NCBI RefSeq assembly: GCF_036971445.1
Contig: NC_091470.1
Coordinates: 341,620,001-341,684,000 of the forward strand
Origin: Narcine bancroftii
Taxonomy: Eukaryota
Direction of reading: 5' to 3'
DNA: 64,000 nt
The translations under genes and the position numbers were made by a program. Below the pieces are notes generated by a model, which was not told the origin of the DNA, did not search any database, and worked only from the letters and a program-made list of their open reading frames with translations. Positions 12,058-25,795 of this stretch are shown piece by piece. Within the stretch, counting starts at the first letter, position 1. Every line of letters begins with the position of its first letter.

Positions 12058-13745
12058 TCAAGTCAAATCAAGTCACCTTTATTTGTCTTTCATGTCATGT
12101 ATTGCATGTTAAAGATGAGATAGCATTTTTCCAGGACCATGGAGCAGAGTTACATAAATAAAAGTTAAAATACAAGTTAAACTATTAAGACGTATACAGT
12201 AAAAGTCCACACTATCCACATATGTTCTGGGAATTCAGGAGCCTGATGGCTTGGGGAAAAACCTGTTGCCCAATCTGGATATAGGACCCGAGTGCTAGAT
12301 GGCAGAAGGGAGAAAAGTTTACTTGAGGGGTGTGTGAATGTTTATTGCTTTCCACATGCATCATGTGTTGTAGCTATCTATTATAGTATGAAGAGAGCAC
12401 CCAATGATCTTTTCCGTTGACTTCACTACCCTCTGCAGAGTCTTGCAGTCTGAGGTGGTACAGCTTCCAAACCAGGCAGTGATGCCATTGCTCAGGATGC
12501 TCTCAATGCATCCTCTGCAGAACATAATGAGGTTGGAGGGTGGGAGATGAACTTTCCTCAGCCTTTGCAGGAAGTAGAGGCACTGCTGCACTTTCTTGGC
12601 TACGGAGTTGATGTTTTGTGGAACACGGTTACAGCAAGCATGTCCGGGCATGTCCTCACTGGGCTGGGCAGGCTGGCCCGTCTTCGGTACCTGTAGCCCC
12701 TCTCCATAAGAGCCCTTAATAAAGGCTGAGAGCCCTAGTCTCCTCCTTCATACCTGCCTTGCACGTTAGCCAGCAGCATGTCGAGGCATGTCTGGGTCTT
12801 CCGATCAATAAAGCCTTTGACTCTTGCTTCATGTCTGCGAGTGGTCATTGATCGCACCACATGACGTTAAGACCTTAGGTGAGATTCTCTGCCAAGTGCA
12901 CACCTCAACAGTAGAGCCATTAATGGTCAGCAGAGAGTGATCCCCCCTGGACCCTCCTGAAGTCAACTATCATCTCTTTTGTTAACATCTGGATGTAGGT
13001 TGTTAGCTCTCTACCAGTCTGTTAGTGACTGTACCTCATCTCTGACTCCTCATTCTTAACAATAAGGCCCACCACAGGCATGTCGTCAGCAAACTTAATG
13101 TGCTGTGTTTGGCTGCATGGTCATGGGTCAGCAGAGAATACAGCAGTGGACTAAGCCCTGGGGAGTCCTCATGCTCAGTGTGATGGTCTTGGAAGTGCTA
13201 TTACTGATCTGGACTGCTTGAGGTCTCCCCAACAGGAAGACAAGAATCCAATTGCAGAGTGAGGTGTTTAGACCCAGCAGGCCCAATTTCCCTATCAGGT
13301 ACTTAGGTATGATTGTGTTGAATGCTGAACTGAATAGCATTGGAACATACGTGTCTTTATTTTGCAGGTGGGTGAGGGCTAGGTGGAGGGCGGTGGCAAT
13401 GACATCATCCATAGAGCAGTTGGATCTATATGTGAACTGCAGGGTGGGGGGTCCAGTGATGGGGGCAGCAGGAGCTCAATGTGCCCCATAATGAGCCTCT
13501 CAAAGCGCTTCATGACGGTAGACTTGAGTGCGACAGGGATGTAATCATCGAGGCAGGACACTGGTGACTTCTTTGGCACAGGAACAATGGTGGTGGCTTT
13601 GAAGCCCGTTGGGACCATGGCACTTCTCAGGGAGATGTTAAAGGTGTCGGTGAGAACATTTGCCAACTGAGCTGTACATCCCCTGAGCACTTTGCCGGGA
13701 ATGTTATCCGGTCCAACAGCTTTCCGTGGATTGACCTTGCCGAAT
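12058..13745 (-). mobile_element. Rex1/Babar LINE (second subfamily, TTGAC-type tail) with LTR insertion
   Basis: [52 protein letters not shown]; tail TCAAGTCAAATCAAGTCA on the + strand. Confidence 0.85.
12617..12861 (+). mobile_element. Solo LTR inserted in Rex1
   Basis: TGTGG...CCACA inverted termini, AATAAA near 12807, interrupts the Rex1 coding sequence; TSD imperfect. Confidence 0.75.
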
Positions 13746-15499
13746 ATTCTCCTCCCAGTATGTAAATATTTACACTGTGACGCTACTGCAAACAACAAAT
13801 TTTGTGACATGTTCATGACAGTAAATTCTGATTCTGAACTATGGGGTCCTGTAGTTATAGATGTGATAGGAACAGTGGGAATAGAGGTGGAGGGTTGCAA
13901 GTCAACAAAGATTAACAGTATTTTTAGGGAGGATTATTGCCAGAGAATTATCATGTGGTGCAGGGTGGATGAAAGTAAGGACTTAAAATGGAGCAGTCAC
14001 CTTGATGGGTATACACTGAAGCTCACCAGTCAACATGACCTGGAGGATCAAATATGTAGAGATTGCTCTGTAAAAATACCAAAGCTGTTATTACAGGTGA
14101 TTTCCACTTCCTCAATATTGATTGGGAATCTTATAGTGTAAGTGGATATTCCAAGAGAACCTTCTCTAGCAATACATGGGAAGAGACAACATTGGACCTT
14201 GTACTGGAGAATGAACCTGGTCAGGCAACTGAGTTATCAGTCAGAGAACATTTTAAGACCAGTGACCACAATTCTATTAGCTTTAGAATAGTTCTGGTAA
14301 AGGATAACAATTGTCCCCAAATTACCTTCCTTTAAGAAATACTTGGATAACTATATGGATGGAAGGATGCAGGGTGAAAGCAGGCAAGTGGCTCAGCATG
14401 GACAAATTAAGCCTGTTTTCATGCTGTAAGATGCTATAATTCTAATAGACCACATGGAGCAAAAAAAAATCTGCTCGAGGAACTCATCAGGTCGAGTACC
14501 TTTAATGAGAGAAATGGTCAATGTTTCGGGAATGAATCCTTCATCAAGACCCAAAATGTTAAATATTCTTTGTCTCCCATTGATGTTCCTCAATCCTCTG
14601 CATTTCTCCAGCAATTTTTTTTACTCCAGATTCCAGCTTCTGCAGTCTCTTTTATATCTGAAAGAGAGTGTTCTTGTTGTGAAGGCAGAACCCTATCAGG
14701 TGGCATCATCACAACATACTTGATAATAAACACTGATGTCCCTATGTAGAGTATGTTTTATGTTCTTGCTACTTTCAGTGCCTCTTTCAACTGGCGAGGA
14801 TTGCTAGGGCCATTCCTCCCTGCTAGTGTACTTCTGCATCACTAATCACACAGAGACTGCATTCTTGTGAGGCCAGGACACTCCCAGGAGTTGTGATGAA
14901 TACTGGTAAACTGATTATGTCAGGCTACATGAATCCGAGGAACACTTCTCCCCATATAAACGTCAGACCCCAGATGTTTTTTTGAGAAGAATATTGCAAG
15001 GCCAATTGGACTGTGCGACACTTTACCATTTTTTAATTTGTTCCTTAGGTTGATGCCAGGTAGCACATCTGGTTTTATTCTTTCATTGACTGGGATCATC
15101 AATTAAAACTTACATTTATATTGGGGAATTAACAAGTCGTCACTTGACAGAAATGTGAGTTAACAAATGTAAACATCAACTAAATGAGGAGATACAGCAA
15201 AATTCCAATGATTAGGTTACCTCATTTTTCCGAACCTCTGAAGGTTTGATTCTGGCTCCTAAGATTTGTTTACCATGCTCTCTTCAAGAACAATTGTTTT
15301 CTATATTCCCTAACAACTCATCTGAACCCTGTTCTCCACCCTCCCTGTAAACTCACCGGGTTCACTGAAAAGTTTATAAAAGAGTGGAACATAGAAAAAG
15401 CTGAATAAAAGTTGTGCTGGTGTTTTAGCAAGTGATATTCAAGACTCTGGAAGTTTGGTTAGTCTTGCACCACCAAAATGCTGAGTTTGCAGGATCATA

Positions 15500-16110
15500 A
15501 GCGTTTCACTGCTGGTAAGATTATGATGGGCTTAGATAGAGTGGCCAGCCTTTTTCATGGGCTACAATAGCAAATACCAGATGACATCTGTTTAAGTTGA
15601 ATGGAGGAAAGTTTAATGGAGTCATCCAAGATAGTTTGGTGGTGGGTGTTTAGAATTCATCACCAGAGGTGCTGGTGGAGACTGGTATGATAGGGACTAT
15701 GGTGGTACACCACTGGCCTACTGCAGGGGGAAACCTCTGTACCTGCAGGAGTGTAAGGGGACAGGACAACACCCTAGTCGGGTGTCAATCACCTTCCGGG
15801 ATATAAGCCTGCGCCGGCCGGCCTCCTGAAGCTCACTCAGAGTTACTGCAGCTGCAGCCAGCCTGGCTCCGTGGAAGTCTTTGTGGATTAAAGCCTGTTG
15901 TACAGTCTTTACCTTGTGTGTGTCTGATTCTGGCTAACAGCACACTACAGGGACATTTAAAAGACTGGTAAGGAAGCCAGCACATGGATGAAAAAGAAGT
16001 AAAGGGTTATGGTACAAGGTAGGGAAGGATTAGATTGTTGAGGAGTAGGTCGGCACAGCATTGTGGACTGAAGGGTGAGTACTGTGTTGCAATGTTCTAA
16101 TTTCTATGTG
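15500..16110 (+). mobile_element. CR1 3' fragment interrupted by a solo LTR
   Basis: AAGATTATGA...GATAGAGTGG...GGGACATTTAAAAGAC and CR1 3' UTR motif. Confidence 0.7.
15698..15949 (+). mobile_element. Solo LTR of the same family as the Gypsy at 55167
   Basis: 5-bp TSD GGGAC (15693-15697, 15950-15954); shares AACCTCTGTACCTGCAGGAGTGTAAG and TGTGGATTAAAGCCTGTT...CAGTCTTTACCTTGTGTGTGTCTGATTCTG with 55167-55446. Confidence 0.9.
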
Positions 16111-17729
16111 TATGATAGATCATCAAAAACCTGAGGTAGCAGAAAACAAATGGCTGAAGGAACTCAGCAGGTCAAGCAGCATCTGTGCAGGTAACAAAAG
16201 AGGGTCCTGACTCTGCAGATACAAGGCTTGTATTGGCAGGAACCTCCTTCATGGAATCATTTACTTTGTATGCAACGTGAATGTCATCATAATAGATCCT
16301 GCTCATATTATGAAGGTTCTGCCCAGTGCCAGCCAGAAAAGAGGAATTTTCAAAAGAAATAAAGTGGCAGAAATGTTGGTCTTGCTCCAATAGATAAATA
16401 GGGTTGCTAAGAAGGTGCCCACAATCTCTGACGCTAATGCCTCATCTTCCAGGCTACAGCAGTTCTCAAACACAGTGTTAGATGGGTGATGCAAGACCTA
16501 GGAAACACTTGGCTGCATAGATGCACGCAGAATATAGAAGCTGTGTTTAATCAACATGGAACGCTAACTTTGCTGTTGGCCCCATTTGTGAGAGCTTCAA
16601 GCATTGGTAGCTCAATGTGAATAAACCAATACAAAAGCAGTTTATGTCAAGCTTCCAGTGCTAATGGGCACGGCAAGGTCAAGTGCAGCATGTTCTAACC
16701 AGTGAAGCATTCAGATTTGACATATCTTGTTTACTTTCGGTTGGGTAAGATGCGGTGAGATATTGCAGTAATAATTTCTTGGGGAATGTCCAAGTTTCAG
16801 TGGCAGTAGCTCACCGTTGATCAACACTTGCAACAATTGCAACAATGCCTGGCTATGGTTGACTGAGCAATGTTCTCCACCTCTCTTTTAAGGTTATATG
16901 GAGTCTGCAGAGGATTTGGGAAAGGGATGTTGAGGCTAAGATTTAATTGGGCATGATTTTATTGAATGGTGGCGCTAGTTTAAGGGAATAGTTCACTCGA
17001 CTGCCCCTATTTCTACTTTCCTATCATTCTTCTCCTCTTCTGAAACCAGTGAGGCAATTGGGCCATAATAGTGCCTTCCTGCCTCATCCTACTGTTCATA
17101 TTCCGGATTCCTGATTTAAAAGGCAAAAGCAAATTTCTAAACTCACTATATAATCCACGCAGAGACATAGCCACTTCTTTCTGAGTAATAAGGAGAAATA
17201 AATTAATGATTAAAACAATGACTGTGGTGGCCCTAGGTTTCAAAGGGCAGTGACAAATTGAAGAATACTGAACAAACATCTGCAAAGTCTAATAAGTTAA
17301 AGTCTAATAAGTCATCCAAACTAAAACAGCAGAACATAAACCAAACTAACAACACATATGGGGAAACCAGTAAAATTAGAATGACAAGAGAGCAAAATGA
17401 ATATAAATACAGCTATCCGTACCATGGATCATGGATCTCTTCTCATGAAAGATGAAAGCTGGGAGCTAATCTAACAAGAGTATTTCAAGAAGAACATAAA
17501 CAAAAACTGCTGAAGATACTCCACATTGATCAATGAGGAGATAAATAGTTTTGGGTTCCAGGCCCTGCCTTGGAACTAGGCAAGTGAGCAAACAAGCATC
17601 TTAAAGATGTAGATGGGAAGGATTGGATAGAGGGTCTGTGATAGGGTGCTGACCTGAGTTGTCAAAACAGCAATCAACTTTAAAAGCTAGCAGCAGGTCG
17701 CCTTAGCAATATCTGGGAAATGTAATGCT

Positions 17730-18127
17730 ATAACTTGGAAATCAGATACCGACTTAGGAATGGAGAGATGGAATGCGTAAATTCATAGTTGTATACTTCT
17801 TGAGAAAATTACATATAGCTTAAGGAATAGATACATATATTTTGGAAAATATAGCACCCATATTTGTAGAGTGTTGGAATGAATGTTTAATCATTTCTCT
17901 GGTGACATCAATCCTTGGTTACCTTCTATATTTGATCTCTGGAAAAGGGCTCCCAGGACAATCTCTGGACTTTTTTCTTACATCTTGTATCTTTTTCACT
18001 CTTCTTTCTTTCTTGGGGCTTTAGGGAGAGGGGATGGGGGAGGGTAGATTAGATTATTTTAAAGATTTATATTGTAAATTTTAATTGGCGGTTAAAACTT
18101 ATAAATAAAATTTGTTTAAAAAAAAAA
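17730..18127 (+). mobile_element. L1 3' end (ORF2 C-terminus, 3' UTR, poly-A)
   Basis: WKSDTDLGMERWNA*IHSCILLEKITYS; G-rich UTR tract, AATAAA and A-tail at ~18104-18127. Confidence 0.75.
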
Positions 18128-18952
18128 GCAGCTGGGAATAGAAATAAAAAAAAACAATTGAATCAAAGGTACAACTAAATATGAAAATGGAGAAAAAGAT
18201 TTTTTTAAATGAAGTCATTATCTAAAATTCTTCAATTCATTATGAGGCTTGAGGTTTCAGATAGAAAATGCCACTAGCATAGGGCATTGTGGGAACCATA
18301 TAGGCAAGCAAGAAAATCTGCAGATGGTGGGGTTTAGTGTAGTACACAAAAATGTGCTGGAGAAACTCATCAGGTCGCACTGCATTCATAGGAAGTAAAA
18401 GTCGGTCGACATTTTGGGCCTGAGCTCTTCTTTCTTAGCCCTCTGCCTTCTCCCCTATCACTTCTCCGCTTCTTTCTCTTCTACCCCACTGCCCCACCTG
18501 TATCGAACTATTACCAGTTAGCCTGTGCTTCCCCCTCCCCACCTCCCATCATTTTATTCAGGAGCCTGCCTAAGTTTCAACACACCTGAAGAGCTCAGGC
18601 CCAAAATGTTGACTGCCTTTTACTTCCTATGGATGCTGAGCACATGTTTGTGCACTGCATGGGAAGAATATAAGTGGCTGAAGACAGAGAAGCCACTGCA
18701 GGAGTGCCACGGAGAATTGCCATGACAAACAACTGAAAGCCTAGGGTCTTCTATGAAGCAAACAGTTGTGTTCTATAAAACAATCTTAGTTTAGTTTCTC
18801 CAGTGTTGTAGAGACTATATTGAGTGTCAAATAGAATTGCCAGTGAATCATTGTTTAACCTGGAATTGACATGCTGGATGTTGGAAGGGAAGAGGTAAAA
18901 TGCATCTTTATGGTGGAATCCTTTTGGGAGTGGTGGAAGTTAAGGAGCGTAC

Positions 18953-19126
18953 TGTACTGACAATAACCACACCAGCAGTTCGAGTATAAACTAATATGTA
19001 CACTAAGAGGTCTTGTCTCTCTGCAAGACGAACCTGGAAGGCAAGTCTGTAGCCCTGGACTGCTTTATATACAAGGTCACCAGGGGTCATCCTGGTGACC
19101 TAGTGGTGTAATTACATATCACCGCA
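18953..19126 (-). mobile_element. Short solo LTR (174 bp)
   Basis: TG...CA ends, 5-bp TSD CGTAC (18948-18952, 19127-19131); TATATAAAG on the minus strand. Confidence 0.8.
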
Positions 19127-19949
19127 CGTACGTTTTGAATATGAAGGCTGGTGGAGTGGAAGGTGAGGAAAGTGGGAATGCTATCATGGCTGGCCAGAGA
19201 AAGGGTGAGAGCAGATGAAAAGGAAAGAGAGAAAATCCAGTTGAGAGCCCGATCAACAATGGGAAAGAAAAGGCCATAGTTAAGGAAAATGAAAATTATT
19301 TTTAAAGCACTGATGTGGAAAATCTGACCATTGGAGCAGATTTTATGGAGACAGAGAAAATAGGGTGACTGAAATGGAGCACATGCAGGATGAGCTAGCT
19401 GTGAAAGTCATGGACAGATGCCAGTTTTCTCCTCCAATATTTAAAACAGAAAATGCTTTATAACATACAAATAGTTGGTTAGATCAGAACTAGGAGAAAG
19501 AAATGTTGTCATTGATAAATTGAATGAAGAATTTAAGGGGAACCCTTTCTACCCAGAAAGGATCAGAGTACTAGAGCAAGCTAGAATCCCAGATGAACCT
19601 CACAAATACTACTGGTGTGAAAGAAAGGCAAGACAGGATGCCTCAATGACTACCTATCGTGGGCTACAAAGCAGTCAGAAAGAATGATAGGCAAAAACAT
19701 CTTCCGCCCTGTCTGCTTTGAGCAGAACAGATAGTCAACATCACCTACCTCAACCGCCAAGGCCACCACTGCAGACATCAGATCAGCCTTCCTGACAGTG
19801 AACCCGTGAAATGCAACTCATCCACACGGAGTTCCTGCCCATGCCCTGAGAGTTTGCGCAACCCAGCTAGCAGGACTAATCCTGCTTTAAGAAGGTCCAA
19901 TATTAGCATATACTGATTTTAGAAATGTGTTTTCAGGAGCTTACGGGGA

Positions 19950-22905
19950 GGTGAAACTGGAAGTTCCCAACCTTTTTATGTACAATGCTCACGCTTTGTT
20001 TTCCATCCCCAAGGCACATTTCTCTTCACTTAATATGACAAGGCAGAAGGCAAAATTTGGTTTACTCCCAGAAAGCATTGTCTGTAAGGAGGAGGAGGAT
20101 GTTCTGATTAATCTAGGTGAAGATGCCCTAAAGGCTGCTATTTTAGAGTGAATGCAGCCATCCCAAGAGACTCGCGTTGCAGAGTCTACTACAATCTCAG
20201 CAACAGGAAGCCATCGCAGATGCTCAAAAAATGGCGCAAGCTGCCTGATGAAGATGTCATTGATGGAGATGTTTGGAAGCAATAATTTCTCCATTGTCTT
20301 CCCAAAATCAAGGATAATTGTTAGGAGTCTTTTGGATGTCCACTTTGGATCAATTAGCGATGCATGCTGATTTCACGATGGCCACAACCTCTGCAATGCA
20401 ACAGGAGGCTTCAGCAGCTGCCCCCATCAGTAAGCAGCATGAAAGCAATACCAATTCAACAGGGGCAAGCAGAGCTCGAACAGCAAATGGTGGCCCTCAC
20501 TGAGCAGGTCCGAGCTTTATCAACACAACATTCTCCTCTTTTCCAGCCTAATTGGAATCGTGCAGGTCGAGGACCAAGTGGAGGCAATGGATGGCGTATT
20601 TGTTGAAGGCACCGGAGATTTGGTGCTGCGGCTTGGTCGAGCTAGGTACATTGGGACTTCTATAAATGGCTCCCTGGAAACAAGGAGGCCAGCAGTAGAG
20701 GTGGCTACTGCTCATGGGCACCCCTCCTCGTACATTTAAAGAATAGCTGTGTAGTGGACTGCTGTTCTTTTTTGCAAGTGAGCTGCATTTCTCCTCCATC
20801 AAAGGTCATCACGCATCTCACAGATCTCCTACCTTCTACCTACCCATTTCAGAGATTGTTCGAGTGTTTCACTTGTTTGGTAACCCCATCATAACAGCAT
20901 GGATATATAAAACACGCATTTACCCACCATATAGAAAGTGGTCACCCAGTTTCAGCACGTGTGCATAGATTGCCCTCGGACCACTTCAGGTTAGCAAAGG
21001 CAAAGTTTGATCATATGCAGGAGCTGAGAATTGCTCATAAGTCCAATAGCTGCTTGGCATTGCCACTGCAGATGGTTCTAAAGAGGTCTCTGGGAGATTG
21101 GTGACTTTGTGGTGATTATCATGCGCTCAATAATGCCACCATCCCTGACTGGAACAATATTCCAAATTTGTAAGATTTCTCAGCCAACCTGCATGATAAA
21201 TGGATATTCACTAAAATAGAGCTTACTATCAGAATCTGGTGGAACCTTCGGATATTTCCAAGACAGCGGAGATTACTCCTTTTGGGACATTCAAATTTCT
21301 CGGAATGCTGTTTGAGTCACGTATGTTTCAGCGACTGAAGGATCATGTCATCTCCGGTTGTGATTTTCTGTTTACCTTCATTGATGACATCCTCATGGCA
21401 AGTGTCAATGAACAGGAACGCAAGGACCATCCTCTGAAACTATTCCAGAGACTCAATGAGTTTGGTACCATTATCAATCCGTCCAAGTGCATTTTTGGGG
21501 CCCCTGAGCTTTTGATTTTAGGGCACAAGGTTACAAAATATGGCAGCTTGCCAGAGGAAACAAAGGTACAGGAGATTTGAGATTTTCCTACACCCATTAC
21601 GTTTGGCCAGTTGTGGCAGTTTCTAGGTATGGTTAATTTCTACAGCCAGTTCTTACCTAAAGTGGTTGTGTCTCTTTCTCTCTTGAGCAACCTGATAAGG
21701 CAGTCTGATAAAGCGGTTTCTAAAAGACCATCACATTTGGGTGAGAAGGCCATTCCAATGAGGCACAAACTGGCCTGGTGGAAGCTATGAAGCCGGTGCG
21801 TCGGAAGGCCAGTGATGTCCTTGCTCTCACCACAGACACTTCTGAGAGTGCAGTTGGAGCTGCTTTAGAGCAAAAAATTGGTAGGATATTGAAAACACTG
21901 GCATTCTTTTCAGCCAAATTTTCACCTGCTAAGTCAAAATCCAGTACTTTTGGGCGCAAGCTCCTGGTGATCTATCTTGCAGTGCAGCATTTCCGTTTCC
22001 GGAAGGATACGTGTTGGAAGGACACGTTTTTACCACTTACACTGACCACCAACCTCTTGCATATACTGCACGTATGAGCAGACACCACTCTTCACCCCAT
22101 GAGGTAAGGCATTTGCAATCTGCATCGGACATCAGGCACCTCAGAGAGAAAGCAAATTCGGTGTCCGATACCCTGTCCAGCTGAGACATTGATGCCTGAC
22201 ATATGACAGTGGTCATTGATTTTACAAAAATAGCTCGGTTGCAGCACAATGATCCTGATCTCATTCAATTCCAACAGACCAACACAGGTTTGAGTCTAAA
22301 AGACGTATGCCTAGACAATTCTGGCAAGACATTAGCAAGTGAATTTTCCACATATCAACCAAGGCCTCTTATACCTGTGATAATGTGGTGGGAAGTTTTC
22401 ATGGCCCTCCATAACATGTCCAACCCAGGCATAAAAGCATCAATAAGGTTAATTATGGATTGCTTTACTTGGCCTCATTCAAACAGGATGTTAGAATATG
22501 GGCAAGGACACGTTTGCCATGTCAGCATTGAAAAATCTCAAGCCTTACGTAGTCCAGGCTTGGTGGTTTTTCTATTCCAGATACTCGTTTCACTCATGTG
22601 CTCTGGGTTGGTCCACTCCTTCCATCCGGGGATTCACTTATGATCTCATGTGCAAGGACCAAGCTACCAGATGGCAGGAGGGCCATTCCTATCACCGATG
22701 TCTCTATGGAGACTGTGGCTTTGGCTTTTGTTGATCATTGGTGTCCCCGATGCTATTACCATGGATTGAGGGGCTCAGTTTGAATCGGCGTTGTTTCAAG
22801 CTCTAACAGATTTGTTGGGTACCACCCATATTCTTACTGCTGCCTACTAGCTGCAATTCAACGGCCTCATGGAGCATTTCCACTGACAGTTGAAGGCTGC
22901 ACTAC
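19950..22905 (+). mobile_element. Degraded Gypsy retrotransposon internal region (CsRN1-like): gag-RT-RH-IN
   Basis: CGDYHALNNATIPD, KTAEITPFGTF, FTFIDDILMAS, LTTDTSESAVGAALEQ, STFGRKLLVIYLAVQHFR, ALHNMSNPGIKAS, NGLMEHFH. Confidence 0.85.
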
Positions 22906-22983
22906 CAGTAGGGGGCGATGAATAAACCAATGGATAGGCAAGGTGAGTGGCGTGAGGTTCATGCTGGGAGGAAGAAAGAAGAC

Positions 22984-23611
22984 TGTTAGAAATGGTTGGA
23001 AGAGTGAATTAAAGGAAGGCTGAAGCCCATTTTATCCGATATTAAAACTTGAGAGTGTTTGCTTTATTTTTGGATAAATGATTTAAATGACACTCCTACA
23101 GGTCTTCTGGGTGTCATTGTTAGATCTGTGCACAAGTAAGGCTGCTGCGTGATTGGTCCAGGCAGGTCACGTGAACGGGCCTTTGCATTGAAAAGCTACA
23201 TGTGGAGCCTGCTCATCTTTTTTTGCTACCTTGAGACCATCCCTGTAGTCCAGGCTGCCAGCCACAGGCGGGGACCGGAGAGCCTATTAAAATGGGCCCG
23301 CCCCAGATCCTGAGCCATGGTTGATGCTGGAAACCAGGTTAATTTGATATACTTGATAGTTGTAATTAATTTACTGTTCATTAGTTTGCTGTGCCTGTGG
23401 GTGGATGGACATTGTGTGTTTAACACTTGCATCCCCAATCAGGAGAATGTTTAGCAATGATTTATCTGCTCTTGATGTGTATTGTGTTTTGTTGCTGTGT
23501 ATGTGCCTTTTGTGAGTTCCCCTGTGCATAAATAAAGACCACTTGTTTGAGAATAACACATGTCCAGTCTTGATTCTCTTTGAATATGTCAAATCTATTC
23601 TAAACACAACA
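22984..23611 (+). mobile_element. Probable 3' LTR
   Basis: Preceded by purine tract GGGAGGAAGAAAGAAGAC; TGTTAGAA...TTCTAAACA(CAACA) termini; AATAAA near 23531; no matching 5' LTR found. Confidence 0.55.
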
Positions 23612-24384
23612 GGGGAATCGTGCCTAGAGACAGAGGAGGTATGGATGGGTTCTTAATGAATACTTTATTTCAGCGTTCACTGGGGAGAGGAACCTTGATA
23701 GACATGTAGTTAATGTAGATCAGGCAGATATACTAGAGCATGTCTTAGAACAGAACATAGAACATTACTACACAGTATAGTCAAGGTTAAGAAAGAGTTA
23801 AACAAGAAAATTTGCTGATGCTGGGATCTAGTGCAATGCACAAATATTCTGGAGAAATTCAATAGGTCACACAGCACCCATAGGAAGTAAAAGGCAATCA
23901 ATATTTCAGGCCTGGCCTTCGAAATACAAATTGAGGTCAGCACTTTTGTATTCAGAAAGGGGCAGTGTTGGAGCTTCTGAAAAAAACTTGGGTACATAAA
24001 TTCCCAGGACAGAATGGGGAATGGCCCAGATTAGTACAGGAAGTGAAGGAAGAGATAACTGGGTCACTGACAGTGATCTTTACATCCTCTATGGCCTCAG
24101 GAGTGGTAGCAGAGGATTGAAGAGTGGCAACTGTAGTTTCCTCCTTCAAGAAAGGTAACAGGGTGATATAGACAGGATGTAAATTTGAGTGGAGATGTTG
24201 CATATGGAGTTAATCCAGAAAAGTGTGAAGTGATATGCCTTGAAAGGTCAAATAATGAAGTTGGAAGTTCATAGTTAATAGCATGATTCTTAGCACTGTG
24301 GAAGACCAGGGGTCCAAATCCATAGATCCCTCAAGATTGCCACACAAGGTTTAGAAGGCATATGGTATATTAACCTGAAGCAAG

Positions 24385-25548
24385 GCTGTGTTCTCGCACC
24401 AACCCTCTTTTCAATCTTCTTCAGCATGATGCTGAACCAAGCCATGAAAGACCTCAACAATGAAGACGCTGTTTACGTCCGGTACCGCACGGATGGCAGT
24501 CTCTTCAATCTGAGGCGCCTGCAAGCTCACACCAAGACACAAGAGTAACTTGTCCGTGAACCATTCTTTGCAGACGATGCCGCTTTAGTTGCCCATTCAG
24601 AGCCAGCTCTTCAGCGCTTGATGTCCTGTTTTGCGGAAACTGCCAAAATGTTTGGCCTGGAAGTCAGCCTGAAGAAAACTGAGGTCCTCCATCAGCCAGC
24701 TCCCCACCATGACTACCAGCCCACCCACATCTCCATCGGGCACACAAAACTCAAAACGGTCAACCAGTTTACCTATCTCGGCTGCCCCATTTCATCAGAT
24801 GCAAGGATCGACAACGAGATAGACAACAGACTCGCCAAGGCAAATAGCGCCTTTGGAAGACTACACAAAAGAGTCTGGAAAAACAACCAACTGAAAAACC
24901 TCACAAAGATAAGCGTATACAGAGCCGTTGTCATACCCACACTCCTGTTCGGCTCCGAATCATGGGTCCTCTACCGGCACCACCTACGGCACCTAGAACG
25001 CTTCCACCAGCGTTGTCTCCGCTCCATCCTCAACATTAATTGGAGCGCTTTCATCCCTAACGTCGAAGTACTCGAGATGGCAGAGGTCGACAGCATCGAG
25101 TCCACACTGCTGGAGATCCAGCTGCGCTGGGTGGGTCACGTCTCCAGAATGGAGGACCATCGCCTTCCCAAGATCATGTTATATGGCCACCGTGACAGAG
25201 GTGCACCAAAGAAAAGGTACAAGGACTGCCTAAAGAAATCTCTTGGTGCCTGCCACATTGACCACTGCCAGTGGGCTGATATCGCCTCAAACCGTGCATG
25301 TTGGCGCCTCACAGTTTGGCGGGCAGCAACCTCCTTTGAAGAAGACTGCAGAGCCCACCTCACTGGCCAAAGGCAAAGGAGGAAAAACCCAACACCCAAC
25401 CCCAACCAACCAATTTTCCCCTGCAACCGCTGCAACCGTGTCTGCCTGTCCCGCATCGGACTTGTCAGCCACAAACGAGCCTGCAGCTGATGTGGACTTT
25501 TACCCCCTCCATAAATCTTCATCCGCGAAGCCAAGCCAAAGAAAAAGA
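24385..25548 (+). mobile_element. RTE-clade LINE, 5'-truncated, young
   Basis: KQGCVLAPTLF, FADDA, 290-aa ORF 24618-25490 (YLG, LRWVGHVSRM, C-terminal CxxC...H); 3' end AAATCTTCATCCGCGAAGCCAAGCCAAAGA. Confidence 0.95.
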
Positions 25549-25795
25549 ATTAGGGGATTGAGTTCTCAAGAGCCACAAGGTAATACTGCAGCTCTATAAA
25601 ACTCTGGTTAGACCACACTTAGGGTATTGTGTTCTCTTTTGGTCACCTCATTATACGAAGGATGTGGAAGCTTTGGAGAGAGTGCACTGGAGATTTACCA
25701 GGATGTGGCCTAGACTGGAGAACATGTCTTACGAGGAAAGGTTGAGCAAGCTCGGGCTTTTCTCTTGGAGGCAGTAGAAGGTGAGAGGAGACTTA

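Larger units (their letters stand above)
17490..19440 (-). mobile_element. Highly degraded Penelope-like element with nested L1, fold-back repeat and solo LTR
   Basis: Patchy similarity to the Penelope copy at 8240-9050 (e.g. GGTGGAATCC...GTGGAAGTT, GAAGGCTGGTGGAGTGGAAGGTGAGGA). Confidence 0.5.

Noticed and set aside
24618-25490. Active autonomous RTE
   Set aside because: 5'-truncated inside the RT, stop codon upstream near 24546, and a 12-nt deletion relative to other copies
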